A program made the translations under genes and the position numbers. Below the pieces are notes generated by a model. That model saw only the letters and a program-made list of their open reading frames with translations, was not told the origin of the DNA and did not search any database. Shown here in pieces: positions 37,119 to 46,358 of a DNA stretch of 64,000 nucleotides (positions are counted from its first letter, which is position 1; every line of letters begins with the position of its first letter). Source of the stretch: Candidatus Poribacteria bacterium (GTDB taxonomy: Bacteria; Poribacteria; WGA-4E; UBA9662); the NCBI GenBank assembly GCA_036339735.1, contig JAYZAL010000077.1, forward strand, positions 1 to 64,000, written 5' to 3'.

Positions 37119-38150
37119 ATGCCAAGAGAATTGATTGCTACTAGTCCAAGTCAAGCAGCTCTACAAATGTACAAGGAACAAGTCCTCGCTAACGATGAAA
37201 TCCGGGTTCGTACACTATTTTCATCTCCTAAACACGGTTCCGGATTACGGTCATTCCGTGCCAATACTAAGGACTATACTTCTCCTTTCGATCGCAAGCG
37301 GGGAATTCATCACGGGCCCCCTATGCAACCGACATATCCGCAGCCACTAGGTAACATGGCTGTGGGAGAAGTGATTGAGGTCGGGGTTGAAGTTGATCAG
37401 TGGGGAATCGGTGATCATGTCTTTTCCCATTTGCCAATTCGAGACACGCACACACTAAAAGCGAATCGTGTTCAACCTGTCCCTTCTAACATGTCCCCAC
37501 AAGCTATTGTTTATAGCGATCCAGCCGGGGTAGCTCTTTGTGCTATTCAAGCTAGCGAAATTATGTTAGGTAGTACAGTGGCAGTTTTTGGTTTAGGTGC
37601 AATTGGTCAGATGGCTGCGCAGCAAGCTAAATTACAGGGAGCCAGACAAGTTTTTGTTTCCGACCCAATTCTCATACGGAGAGAATTAGCCATCAAACAT
37701 GGGGCTGATATAGCCATTGATCCGATTTCCGACGACGCGGGAGAGTTGATTAGGGATCACACCAATAATGCAGGGGTTGATATCTCTATAGAAGCAAGTG
37801 CTAACTACGCTGGTATGAATGATGCCATTCGATCGACGGGGTACGCTGGTCGTATAGTATCTGCAGCCTACTATATTGGGGATTCAAGTATTCTTAGTTT
37901 TGAAGGTGAGTGGCATCGGAATCAACTAACAATACTAACTACTCGTGATGTTAATCCAACTTTGAGAAATGCACCCCGTTGGGATACCAAGCGCCTACAC
38001 AATGAAGCTTTTGAATTACTAAAAGAAGAACGTTTATCTGTCGATGGCCTAATACATCCAATCGTGTCCTTTGAAGATTGTGTCGAGGCCTATTTAGCCA
38101 CAGATCAACGGCCTTCAGAAAGTATTAAGCTGGGCATACAACATACTTAG
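37119..38150 (+). CDS. Medium-chain (Zn-type) dehydrogenase/reductase
   Basis: GroES-like N-domain, Rossmann 'VAVFGLGAIG', 'GVDISIEAS'. Confidence 0.82.
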   Translation: MPRELIATSPSQAALQMYKEQVLANDEIRVRTLFSSPKHGSGLRSFRANTKDYTSPFDRKRGIHHGPPMQPTYPQPLGNMAVGEVIEVGVEVDQWGIGDHVFSHLPIRDTHTLKANRVQPVPSNMSPQAIVYSDPAGVALCAIQASEIMLGSTVAVFGLGAIGQMAAQQAKLQGARQVFVSDPILIRRELAIKHGADIAIDPISDDAGELIRDHTNNAGVDISIEASANYAGMNDAIRSTGYAGRIVSAAYYIGDSSILSFEGEWHRNQLTILTTRDVNPTLRNAPRWDTKRLHNEAFELLKEERLSVDGLIHPIVSFEDCVEAYLATDQRPSESIKLGIQHT

Positions 38151-38197
38151 GATTGACTTCAAATCCTATTTAAAAATTAATGATCCATCATCCAGTA

Positions 38198-38974
38198 CTA
38201 CTCGGCGAGCTTGATTTGACTCCAGAGAAGAGAGAGTTTGTTCAGAGGCTCTACCACCAAAGTGGATGCTGCTATTAACTCATCCCGACTGAGTGCACGA
38301 TTCCAGAGTTTGACTTCATCGATAAGCCCATCAAAATACCGCTCATTATCCACCCACCCGATTTCCAACATTCGATCTACTGATCTGATTTTTCCTTTTT
38401 TCCCAACTCTTTTTTCAGGTTTACCGTTGATATATAGGGTATGGTTTTTTCCGTCGTAAACTGTTGCTATATGAACCCACTTGCCAATAAACTTCTCCAT
38501 ATTCGTTTGTCCAACTAGCCATTCCTGCGGTTGAGCTCCATACAAATAACTAGCCAAATTTCCTTTCTCATTGATATCAAGATAATAAGCCGTTGGCTTA
38601 CCAAGTACACAGTTACGGTGTTTCCAATCGTTTCCGATATAGACAGATTTTGGATTAATCCACGCTTCGATTGTAATTGAATTAATGATATCAAGAGACT
38701 TATTGTCCGCAACTTGCACATGAGTTTTCTTTTTTTTGTCAAATTCTAATGCCTGCCCTTTGACACCAGCAACACGCTTTGGTGAACCGATAACTTTGCC
38801 CACGTTCTCATTGTTGCTATTGTCTTTGGCTTGATCACCATTTTCGTCAAAAGACCAATGGGCGACTAGTCCTTCCTCCGCATTAACAATAGAATAACAA
38901 ACAAAAAACAAGATCAGCACCGCGATGACATCAAGCTTCCCAAATTCTAGTTGATTCATATTGACCTCTAACAA
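38198..38974 (-). CDS. Secreted LamG/concanavalin-like jellyroll protein
   Basis: 'LVAHWSFDE', 'ITIEAWI', 'WVHIATVYDG...LYING', 'FDGLIDEVKLWNRALS', tail 'VEPLNKLSLLWSQIK'. The start may be 38959. Confidence 0.88.
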   Translation of the reverse strand: MLEVNMNQLEFGKLDVIAVLILFFVCYSIVNAEEGLVAHWSFDENGDQAKDNSNNENVGKVIGSPKRVAGVKGQALEFDKKKKTHVQVADNKSLDIINSITIEAWINPKSVYIGNDWKHRNCVLGKPTAYYLDINEKGNLASYLYGAQPQEWLVGQTNMEKFIGKWVHIATVYDGKNHTLYINGKPEKRVGKKGKIRSVDRMLEIGWVDNERYFDGLIDEVKLWNRALSRDELIAASTLVVEPLNKLSLLWSQIKLAE

Positions 38975-39278
38975 AAATATTCTTACGAATCATTAATTTA
39001 AATTGACGACGTGTATTCTCTCAATTGTTGAAATTATTTGATGTTTTATCTTACCACTGGTCGAGAGGATCTGGTTTCATTTTATCATCCTCAACATTTA
39101 ATGTGAATAAAATGGGCCCTTATACTTAGTAATCGGCTTACCTGAAGTCCAAGTTACTTTTGCCTTTTATGGGTGTTAATAAAATCTGTTGCGACTTGAC
39201 CGTCCATACAAGATTTGCTACAGTGTAGCCCAGAAAGTTAGTTATATCTAGCGATAAAAGTTAAATATAGAATTTGCC

Positions 39279-40208
39279 ATGTCAGAAGCAATTAAAAATC
39301 AAAAAATAGCTAGCCAAGAACCGTTCATTTTCGATAATAACTGGGGAACTTGGGGTAGACTCCCCCAAGATGCCAACCAGCTTACGACTACTAATGCTGA
39401 TGGTGAACCCGTTGTTCCACTAACAGAAGAACAGAAATTTATTTTTGATACTCAAGGGTGGTTAGTAATTCCTGGTTTATTGAATGAAATTGATCTGAAG
39501 GAGATGAGGGAATTTTGTTATCAATTGGTTAATGATCAAGATTCCTTGCCGGTGCACCAACGCACGCCTATTGCTGGCCCACTCGAAAAACTGGTAGATC
39601 ACCCAGTCGTAGTTGGGTTTTGTAACGAATTTTTAGCCTATCCTGCCTTGTCAAGCGAAGACTACTACGGATTTCGTTTCGAAACTAGTTTTTTATTATA
39701 TAGACAAAAAGGTATGGGGAATTTTGGACCACATAATGGAAATGGTATCTGGCGGTTGCCAGGTAATTCTCATATATACCGAAATATTCCAGGGAAAGGA
39801 TATTCGGGGCTAACTCGTGTTGTTTGGGAACTCAATCCTGTTAACAAGTTTGAAGGTGGAACGCTCTTCGTTAATGGAAGCCATAAAGCTGCTTACAAAT
39901 TACCTGAGTCTATCCGCCAAATGGATTCATCACTCTGGGATAGTTATGAATGTCCTGCTGGTTCGGTTGTCTTTTTTTCTGAGGCCACTACACACAGTGC
40001 ACAACCGTGGCAGAATGAATCCATAGACCGAATTCCTATCTTCAACCAATATAACTCAATTGGTAGTCGTTTTCACTGGTGGGAGCCCCCCTCAGAACTG
40101 CTTGATCAAATGCCACCTAAGCGCCAGTCATTATTTCGACAAGCTTATTCAGAAGGTGCTAATACTGACCTTAGTACTCAAAATCTGTTTCGAAGGCCAA
40201 TTGGCTAA
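39279..40208 (+). CDS. PhyH-family Fe(II)/2OG enzyme (HxG motif)
   Basis: 'EQKFIFDTQGWL', 'PHNG', 'GGTLFVNGSHKA', 'ATTHS'. Confidence 0.8.
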   Translation: MSEAIKNQKIASQEPFIFDNNWGTWGRLPQDANQLTTTNADGEPVVPLTEEQKFIFDTQGWLVIPGLLNEIDLKEMREFCYQLVNDQDSLPVHQRTPIAGPLEKLVDHPVVVGFCNEFLAYPALSSEDYYGFRFETSFLLYRQKGMGNFGPHNGNGIWRLPGNSHIYRNIPGKGYSGLTRVVWELNPVNKFEGGTLFVNGSHKAAYKLPESIRQMDSSLWDSYECPAGSVVFFSEATTHSAQPWQNESIDRIPIFNQYNSIGSRFHWWEPPSELLDQMPPKRQSLFRQAYSEGANTDLSTQNLFRRPIG

Positions 40209-40370
40209 TGTTAGACGATAGGAAAATCTCAATTTGTAATCTTATCCAAGATATGGATATTGAAATTAAACGGTTGTTGCTCAGCACGTATGACTACCGA
40301 AGACGCCTAAAATGAAAATCTGGAAGAGTTTATCTCAGATAGAATTATACTTTTCGTAGGAATTTTAAAA

Positions 40371-41426
40371 ATGCCAAATATAAAGTACAGGGTGGGGTTC
40401 ATTGGTTGTGGTCGAATTGCGGCTGCACATGCTCTAGGTTATCAGGGGGTTAGTCAGATAGAAATGGTAGCTATCGCTGATCCTGTTAGGAGTGTTTTAG
40501 ATAGTTTTGGCGACCAGTTTGGAATTAGTAATCGTTATTTGGACGCTCGGCAAATGCTGGATAAGGAAGATCTAGATATCGTTAGTGTTGCGACTTGGCA
40601 CAAATTGCATGCACCAATGACAATAGCTGCTTGTGCCAGTGGAATTAAGGCAGTACTATGTGAAAAACCTATGGCTACAACGTTGGGTGAGTGCCACGAA
40701 ATGATCACAGTAGCACAGCGAAATAATGTAAAACTTGCTATCGCTCACCAACGGCGCTTCTATTCAGCATGGACGAAAGCACGTCAATTAATTGCGGCAG
40801 GTGCGATTGGTCAACCTCGCCAGATCGTTTGCCGAGGCGGGCAAGGTTTGCTCAACGATTGTTCTCACCTATTTGATCTGATGCGTTACGTTTTAGGGGA
40901 TCCACAAGCTGAATGGGTAATCGGTAACCTTGAGCGTAAAACTGACCGCTATGAAAGGGAAATTCCCATAGAAGATCGAAGTGCAGGCATTGTCGGTTTC
41001 GCTGGTGGTTGTATTGGCTTACTCCTTCAAGAAATTGCTGGACCTAACTATCAAGGTGGAGTCGTTTATGGCTCAGATGGGATAATTGACTTAAACGAAC
41101 AAAGAGCTAGAATCCTTGACACTCAAAGTGCCAGCTGGACTGATTATCCTATGGACGGTGCTAGTACACATGTGGCCCAAGCTCAAGAATTAATCGACTG
41201 GATCGAAGATAAAACAATTCATCGCGGTAACGCCCAAAACGGGTTAGCCGCGGTAGAAATAATTATGGCAATCTACGAATCAGCCCGAATGCACGAAGTA
41301 GTAAAGCTACCCCTTCGCACGTATTGCTCACCGCTGGAACTGATGATAGAAAGTGGAGACCTGCCTGTTGAAAGACCTGGTCGTTACGATATTCGTTCAT
41401 TCTTGCTCCACGGTGAGGAGTTATAA
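40371..41426 (+). CDS. Gfo/Idh/MocA family oxidoreductase
   Basis: 'IGCGRIA', 'VLCEKPMA', 'HQRRF', 'AIYESA'. Confidence 0.92.
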   Translation: MPNIKYRVGFIGCGRIAAAHALGYQGVSQIEMVAIADPVRSVLDSFGDQFGISNRYLDARQMLDKEDLDIVSVATWHKLHAPMTIAACASGIKAVLCEKPMATTLGECHEMITVAQRNNVKLAIAHQRRFYSAWTKARQLIAAGAIGQPRQIVCRGGQGLLNDCSHLFDLMRYVLGDPQAEWVIGNLERKTDRYEREIPIEDRSAGIVGFAGGCIGLLLQEIAGPNYQGGVVYGSDGIIDLNEQRARILDTQSASWTDYPMDGASTHVAQAQELIDWIEDKTIHRGNAQNGLAAVEIIMAIYESARMHEVVKLPLRTYCSPLELMIESGDLPVERPGRYDIRSFLLHGEEL

Positions 41427-41532
41427 TGACTACCGCACGCGGAAGTATAAAAAATCTAGGCGCGGGTAGGTAGATTATTATTTAGTGTTTTCGGTCAGTA
41501 TGCAGAGCCAGAAAATCAGGATCGTCTGTTTT

Positions 41533-42564
41533 CTAGCGATTTCGAACTTTGGTAGAATTCCAATAGTTTTTCAGCTTGATATATTGTTTGAGGTTTTCTT
41601 CACGTTTGGAAATCTCTAGTAATTGTTCGTTTTTCTGATTTTCTTTTAAACGTGGGTGATTTTTTATGATCACTCGCTCCTTTGCCATTTGAAGTTCTCG
41701 GATTGGAATCAGTTGATCGTTATTTGAATCCATAAACACTCCCCAACCACTGCCAACCTCACTTAGAATTTTTATTTCCTTGTCAGCTTCTGGTCCGTAT
41801 CGACCAAAAGCTAAAAAAACAGCCTTGATTCTCGCTTTCCACTCCGGAGATAAGTCTTTATGCCAAACCATCGGGTCGCTTGGAATGGGTGGACTAGTCC
41901 AAATAGTACGAATCGTATCAGTTTTGTCAGGATGATTCTTGTAGAATAGTCGCAACGATTCATCGTTGTTAGTCGCAAAGTCAACCTGTTTAGTTGCAAC
42001 CGAAATACAGTTCATCTCGTGACTAGCGTTCCGCATCCGTTTGAAGTATTTTTTGGGATTGATACCTTTTGGACCCCACAAATGGTAGCTTGGCATGAGA
42101 TAGCCAGATGTACTATTGGGATCGCCGTTTCCGAAGATCAGATCTTTCCCATTCTGAATAATTTCATCGATAGTCTGATAAGGACTATCTTTAGGAACAA
42201 TTATGACTGAATGGTAGCCGGAGGTCCCGTCATGATCAGTTACTTCAGCGAAGACTTCACCGTTTGCTCGATCAACTGCTTCCATTCCAGACTTATTACC
42301 GAACCAAGCGACATGTATTTTACCGAAACGTAAGGCTTCAATTACTCCAGCATAATCCGGTGAAAAGAACGACTTAATTGGTACACCCAAGTTTTTTTCT
42401 AGCTGTTTCAATAATGGATCAAATCCTTTTTTTAAATTACTACGGGACTCTGTAGCGATAATGCCAAACCTTAGTTCATCAATGTTTTCTATGGCTTCGC
42501 CCCAACTTGCCCAGCAACTGATACACAGTAAGAAAATAATTATATTTTTATATGAGTGACGCAT
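41533..42564 (-). CDS. phnD: Phosphonate ABC transporter substrate-binding protein
   Basis: Signal peptide, 'FGIIATES', 'DYAGVIEA', 'AWFGNKS', 'GDPNSTSGYLMP', 'VDFATNN', 'IPSDP'. Confidence 0.88.
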   Translation of the reverse strand: MRHSYKNIIIFLLCISCWASWGEAIENIDELRFGIIATESRSNLKKGFDPLLKQLEKNLGVPIKSFFSPDYAGVIEALRFGKIHVAWFGNKSGMEAVDRANGEVFAEVTDHDGTSGYHSVIIVPKDSPYQTIDEIIQNGKDLIFGNGDPNSTSGYLMPSYHLWGPKGINPKKYFKRMRNASHEMNCISVATKQVDFATNNDESLRLFYKNHPDKTDTIRTIWTSPPIPSDPMVWHKDLSPEWKARIKAVFLAFGRYGPEADKEIKILSEVGSGWGVFMDSNNDQLIPIRELQMAKERVIIKNHPRLKENQKNEQLLEISKREENLKQYIKLKNYWNSTKVRNR

Positions 42565-42809
42565 GGAAACCTTATTTTTTTGCTTGCATTTGTAATCTTT
42601 TATATTTTGATTTGTTACCTGGAGGAGTCAAAAAATATGTTGACCAGTTATTATAACACAATTCCAAAAATCTGATTCATTTGGCTCGACGTTCTACCCG
42701 AGGTTTAATGTTATTCTTATTAGTCTGCTCTCTTGATAGTATTTTAATTAATTTAGTGTTACATTTGAGGCTGCAAACCTAGGTAATCCTCACCCATAGG
42801 AGTAATCAG

Positions 42810-43661
42810 GTGACATATCAATTTGAAAAAGGCAAGATTTATCGAATGCCAACCCACTTTGGCCCGAGTCTTGGACCAAGGCAAGGGCCAGACGGTCGGA
42901 CTTTTGAGTGCAAAGACAATCCTAAAACTACATCGATCTCAGTTAGTTTTTTAACTAATTCCGACCAGATAAAATCAATATTGCCAGAAAATTTTGTACT
43001 GCTAGGTGAGCCTGTCGTAACAGTTTCTGCAACCTATATGAAAGAAATTGAGTGGTTAGCTGGGCGTGGCTACAACACGCTAGGTGTCAGTTTCTCTGTC
43101 CAATTTAATGGTGAAAGGGATCAAGCCAAAGGAAACTTCTTATCAGTCTTATGGGAAAACTTAACTGATCCTATCCTGACAGGGCGAGAGGAAATTGGAT
43201 TTTCAAAAATTTATTGTGAATTGCCTGAGCCTAGAGTTTTACAAGGCACAACAACTTGTCAAGCCAGTTGGATGGGCTTCAACTTCATGGATATGAGTGT
43301 CTACAACTTGAACCAGGTGGAATTACAAAAACCTCTCTCATCGACAACTAAAAACGAAGAGTTAACTGGTACATTACACTACAAGTATATTCCCCATACT
43401 GGTGGGTTTCCTAGTAGTTGGGGGAAGGCGGATATTGCTTATGTCGTATTGACCCCGGAAAAAACTCCGAATCGAATTGTAACCGAGATGTGGCGAGGAG
43501 AAGGCAAAGTCTTATTCCATCACGCTCGGTGGGAGGATTTACCAACTCAATATACCATAGTTAATACTTTGAGCCAACTTGAAATAATAGAACCACGTGG
43601 TGCTAGTATAGTTAAGTCGATTGGTGGGAAAGATCTCAGCGATCAGCGAATTCTGAAATAG
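42810..43661 (+). CDS. Acetoacetate decarboxylase-like family protein
   Basis: 'YRMPTHFGP', 'WLAGRGY', 'PILTGREEIGFSKIY' (Schiff-base Lys motif GRExxGxxK). Confidence 0.8.
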   Translation: MTYQFEKGKIYRMPTHFGPSLGPRQGPDGRTFECKDNPKTTSISVSFLTNSDQIKSILPENFVLLGEPVVTVSATYMKEIEWLAGRGYNTLGVSFSVQFNGERDQAKGNFLSVLWENLTDPILTGREEIGFSKIYCELPEPRVLQGTTTCQASWMGFNFMDMSVYNLNQVELQKPLSSTTKNEELTGTLHYKYIPHTGGFPSSWGKADIAYVVLTPEKTPNRIVTEMWRGEGKVLFHHARWEDLPTQYTIVNTLSQLEIIEPRGASIVKSIGGKDLSDQRILK

Positions 43662-43672
43662 AGGAAAGTCGA

Positions 43673-44494
43673 ATGTATAATCTCAGTGGAAAAGTAGCGT
43701 TAGTAACTGGGTCTGGCGGGCAACATGGTATAGGCCGAGCTATTGCCACCCGGCTGGCTAAAGAAGGTGCAGATATTGTACTTAATGATGTTCAAAAAAC
43801 TCCGTACCAAGACAATAGATGGAATGGGATAATGTCCGTTGCGGAGGAAATTAGCAAGCTAGGGCGTACAGCTCTACCTGTTGTTGCCGACGTTAGTAAA
43901 GCTGACCAAGTACAAAACATGGTTCATCAGACGATAGAGACTTTTGGGCGTCTGGATATTCTAGTCAATAACGCTGGTGCTAAGGCTGGTAGTGATCGTG
44001 TACCTCTTATAAACCTAGAGGAGGACGATTGGGATCGAGTGCAAGAAGTCAATGTCAAAGGTGTATTCCTCTGTTGTAAGGTAGTTGCCAAACACTTGCT
44101 TGCCCAAGGCCAAGGTGGAAAAATTATCAATATTTCGTCTATGGCCGGTACAAAGGGTATTGCTCAATACGCATCCTATTGTGCTTCCAAATTTGCTGTC
44201 ATTGGTTTAACAGAATCGTTAGCATTGGAATTAGCCAGCCACAAAATTAATGTCAATGCTATATGCCCGGGATTAGTAGATACAGAAAGAGTGGGACATA
44301 TTGCTACAGCTACTATTGCGGGTGAATTATCCGACCAAGAAAAGAGAACTTTACTTGTCGATAAAACTACAGCCTCTGTACCGATGGGTCGTATTGCAAA
44401 TGTAGATGATGTAGCCAAAACGGCTGCTTTTTTGTCATCATCAGAAGCTGATTATTTGACAGGTTTATCGGTCCGTGTTTCCGGTGGAGTTTAG
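43673..44494 (+). CDS. Short-chain dehydrogenase/reductase
   Basis: 'VTGSGGQHGIG', 'NNAG', 'YCASK', 'NAICPG'; ends abruptly at 'VSGGV*'. Confidence 0.92.
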   Translation: MYNLSGKVALVTGSGGQHGIGRAIATRLAKEGADIVLNDVQKTPYQDNRWNGIMSVAEEISKLGRTALPVVADVSKADQVQNMVHQTIETFGRLDILVNNAGAKAGSDRVPLINLEEDDWDRVQEVNVKGVFLCCKVVAKHLLAQGQGGKIINISSMAGTKGIAQYASYCASKFAVIGLTESLALELASHKINVNAICPGLVDTERVGHIATATIAGELSDQEKRTLLVDKTTASVPMGRIANVDDVAKTAAFLSSSEADYLTGLSVRVSGGV

Positions 44495-44599
44495 AAAATG
44501 ACTCTTCCACCAATTTAAACCCTTCCATTTTTCCTGATACAGTAAGGGTTTAAACGGTATTGAACACAATATAGATGACTCCATTGTGTATCCTCAAGT

Positions 44600-45390
44600 G
44601 TGTCCTTTTCCGGTTTCAATGTTTCTGTTGACCTACAACCACAGTTTCAAAGAAAACAATTTCAGTTATCTTTGCGTTGTGGTATTCTGACTTCATCCAA
44701 ATTTTTTGCTTCCAATCTCTATTTGGTGACTCAGTCTATTTATCGTTCCATCCGAGAAAATGCTGACATGAAGAAAAGAAGCACTTCACTCGAGATGAAC
44801 TGGAACAAATACTGGGTAATAATTTGGAGCAGCAATTTTTTGACAAAAACGGACCCGAGAGATTTTGGGTAACACAAATTGCCGCATATTCGGATGCCCG
44901 TCTAAATGAAGTTTGCCAATTGAATATAATCTGATATCAGGCAAGAAGATGAAATTTGGATGATGAGTCTACTGAATGATGCCGAAGACAAAAGTTTAAA
45001 GACTCAATCTAGTAATCGGATAGTGCCACTGCATCCTCATTTGGTTGAAATTGGACTGATAGATTATGTGGAGGATGTCAAGAACTCAGGAACAGTGAAA
45101 TTATTTCCCAATTTAAAATCAGAAACAAATACCAAATACGGTTCTGCGGTGGGTCGTTGGTTTGCTAGGTACCTGAAGAATCTTGAAATCAAGAAGAAAG
45201 GGAAGAATTTCCATAGTTTTCGACATACCGAGTTAATCATCTGACTTCCAAACAAATCTATCAACCCTTCATCAAAGAATTAATCGGACACTCACATGGA
45301 ACCATGACCATGGATGTCTATGGTGGTAGGAAACCACTGGAAGTTTTACTCCATGAATGTTGGTTAAAATAGACTATGGGATTGAAAAGA
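44600..45390 (+). pseudogene. Tyrosine integrase pseudogene
   Basis: Fragments across frames: 'FNVSVDLQPQFQRKQFQLSLRCG' (N-terminal arm-like), 'YSDARLNEVCQL', 'SLKTQSSNRIVPLH', 'FHSFRHT', 'KELIGHSHGTMTMDVYG'. The R-K-HxxR-H-Y residues are split by frameshifts and a large deletion. Confidence 0.88.
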
Positions 45391-45485
45391 AGAACTAGAC
45401 CCTGAGACCAACTAACTTACTCTTACAAACATAAAGTTTCATATTTTCTACAATAAACTATTTAGTTAGGTAAATAGGTCGATTT

Positions 45486-45953
45486 ATGGATACAAAACAA
45501 TTGGGTCTTATACCTCCAATTTTACTGATTGTTGTTTTCCTATTTTCTTGTGGTGATTCAGTCGAAACAAAACTAATTGGTGAGTGGAAAGGAACGGATG
45601 GATCTATTATTCTCCATAAGGATGGTTCATGGGTATTTACCATAGGTGATTTTGTTTTACCTACACCAGAAGAAGGAATTATTGTTGAGAATATGATTTG
45701 GGCAGTTAATGACACTCAAGATCCGGTTCATCTTGATTGTATGGTGTATTTAAGACAAATAGAATCAGGGATGAAACGGAGACTAATTCTCCCTCTAATC
45801 CTTCGTTTTTTAGGTCAGAACAAAATACAAATTAGGACAATTTTTGAACCCTCTAATGAAAGTACAACTTCTCCTCCTACATTGTATATGGGGAAAAGAC
45901 CAACAGGTTTTGAAATAGAATCAGATGACCAAATGACACTCACTAGACAGTGA
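45486..45953 (+). CDS. Hypothetical lipoprotein
   Basis: Lipobox-like 'LFSC' followed by 'KLIGEWKG'. Confidence 0.65.
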   Translation: MDTKQLGLIPPILLIVVFLFSCGDSVETKLIGEWKGTDGSIILHKDGSWVFTIGDFVLPTPEEGIIVENMIWAVNDTQDPVHLDCMVYLRQIESGMKRRLILPLILRFLGQNKIQIRTIFEPSNESTTSPPTLYMGKRPTGFEIESDDQMTLTRQ

Positions 45954-46358
45954 ATTTTACATAAGAGGGAAAAAACTATAGAAATTCCAAAAAAGTTAAC
46001 AGAGAACATTATGAGATAGTGAAAATAGGAGATTACGTTGAAAAAGAACCTAAGACATTCGGATTTCAAATCACTCCTACCTCTGACGCGACTGACAACA
46101 CCTGGTGATTTGTGCAGGGATTATTTCTATCCTTTTTAACTAATCTGACCTTTTACTATACTGAAAGACTCCTGCGAATCCCTTCTCTCTAATTGTTATT
46201 TTTTCCATTTTTCCTTCTATTTTTGATAATATCAGTAATTAATGTTCCTTTTTACTAGTCTTTGTCTAACATACAATTAACAGATTATGATCCAAACATC
46301 AGTTCCCTTGGGTGATTTGGATCTTCTAAACTTCAGATTCTATTGTAATATTTAAATT

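Noticed and set aside
42585-42625. Pho box upstream of phnD
   Set aside because: Only weak half-site matches in very AT-rich DNA.
44600-45244. ORFs 44600-44872 and 44960-45244 as independent genes
   Set aside because: They are fragments of one frameshifted tyrosine integrase.
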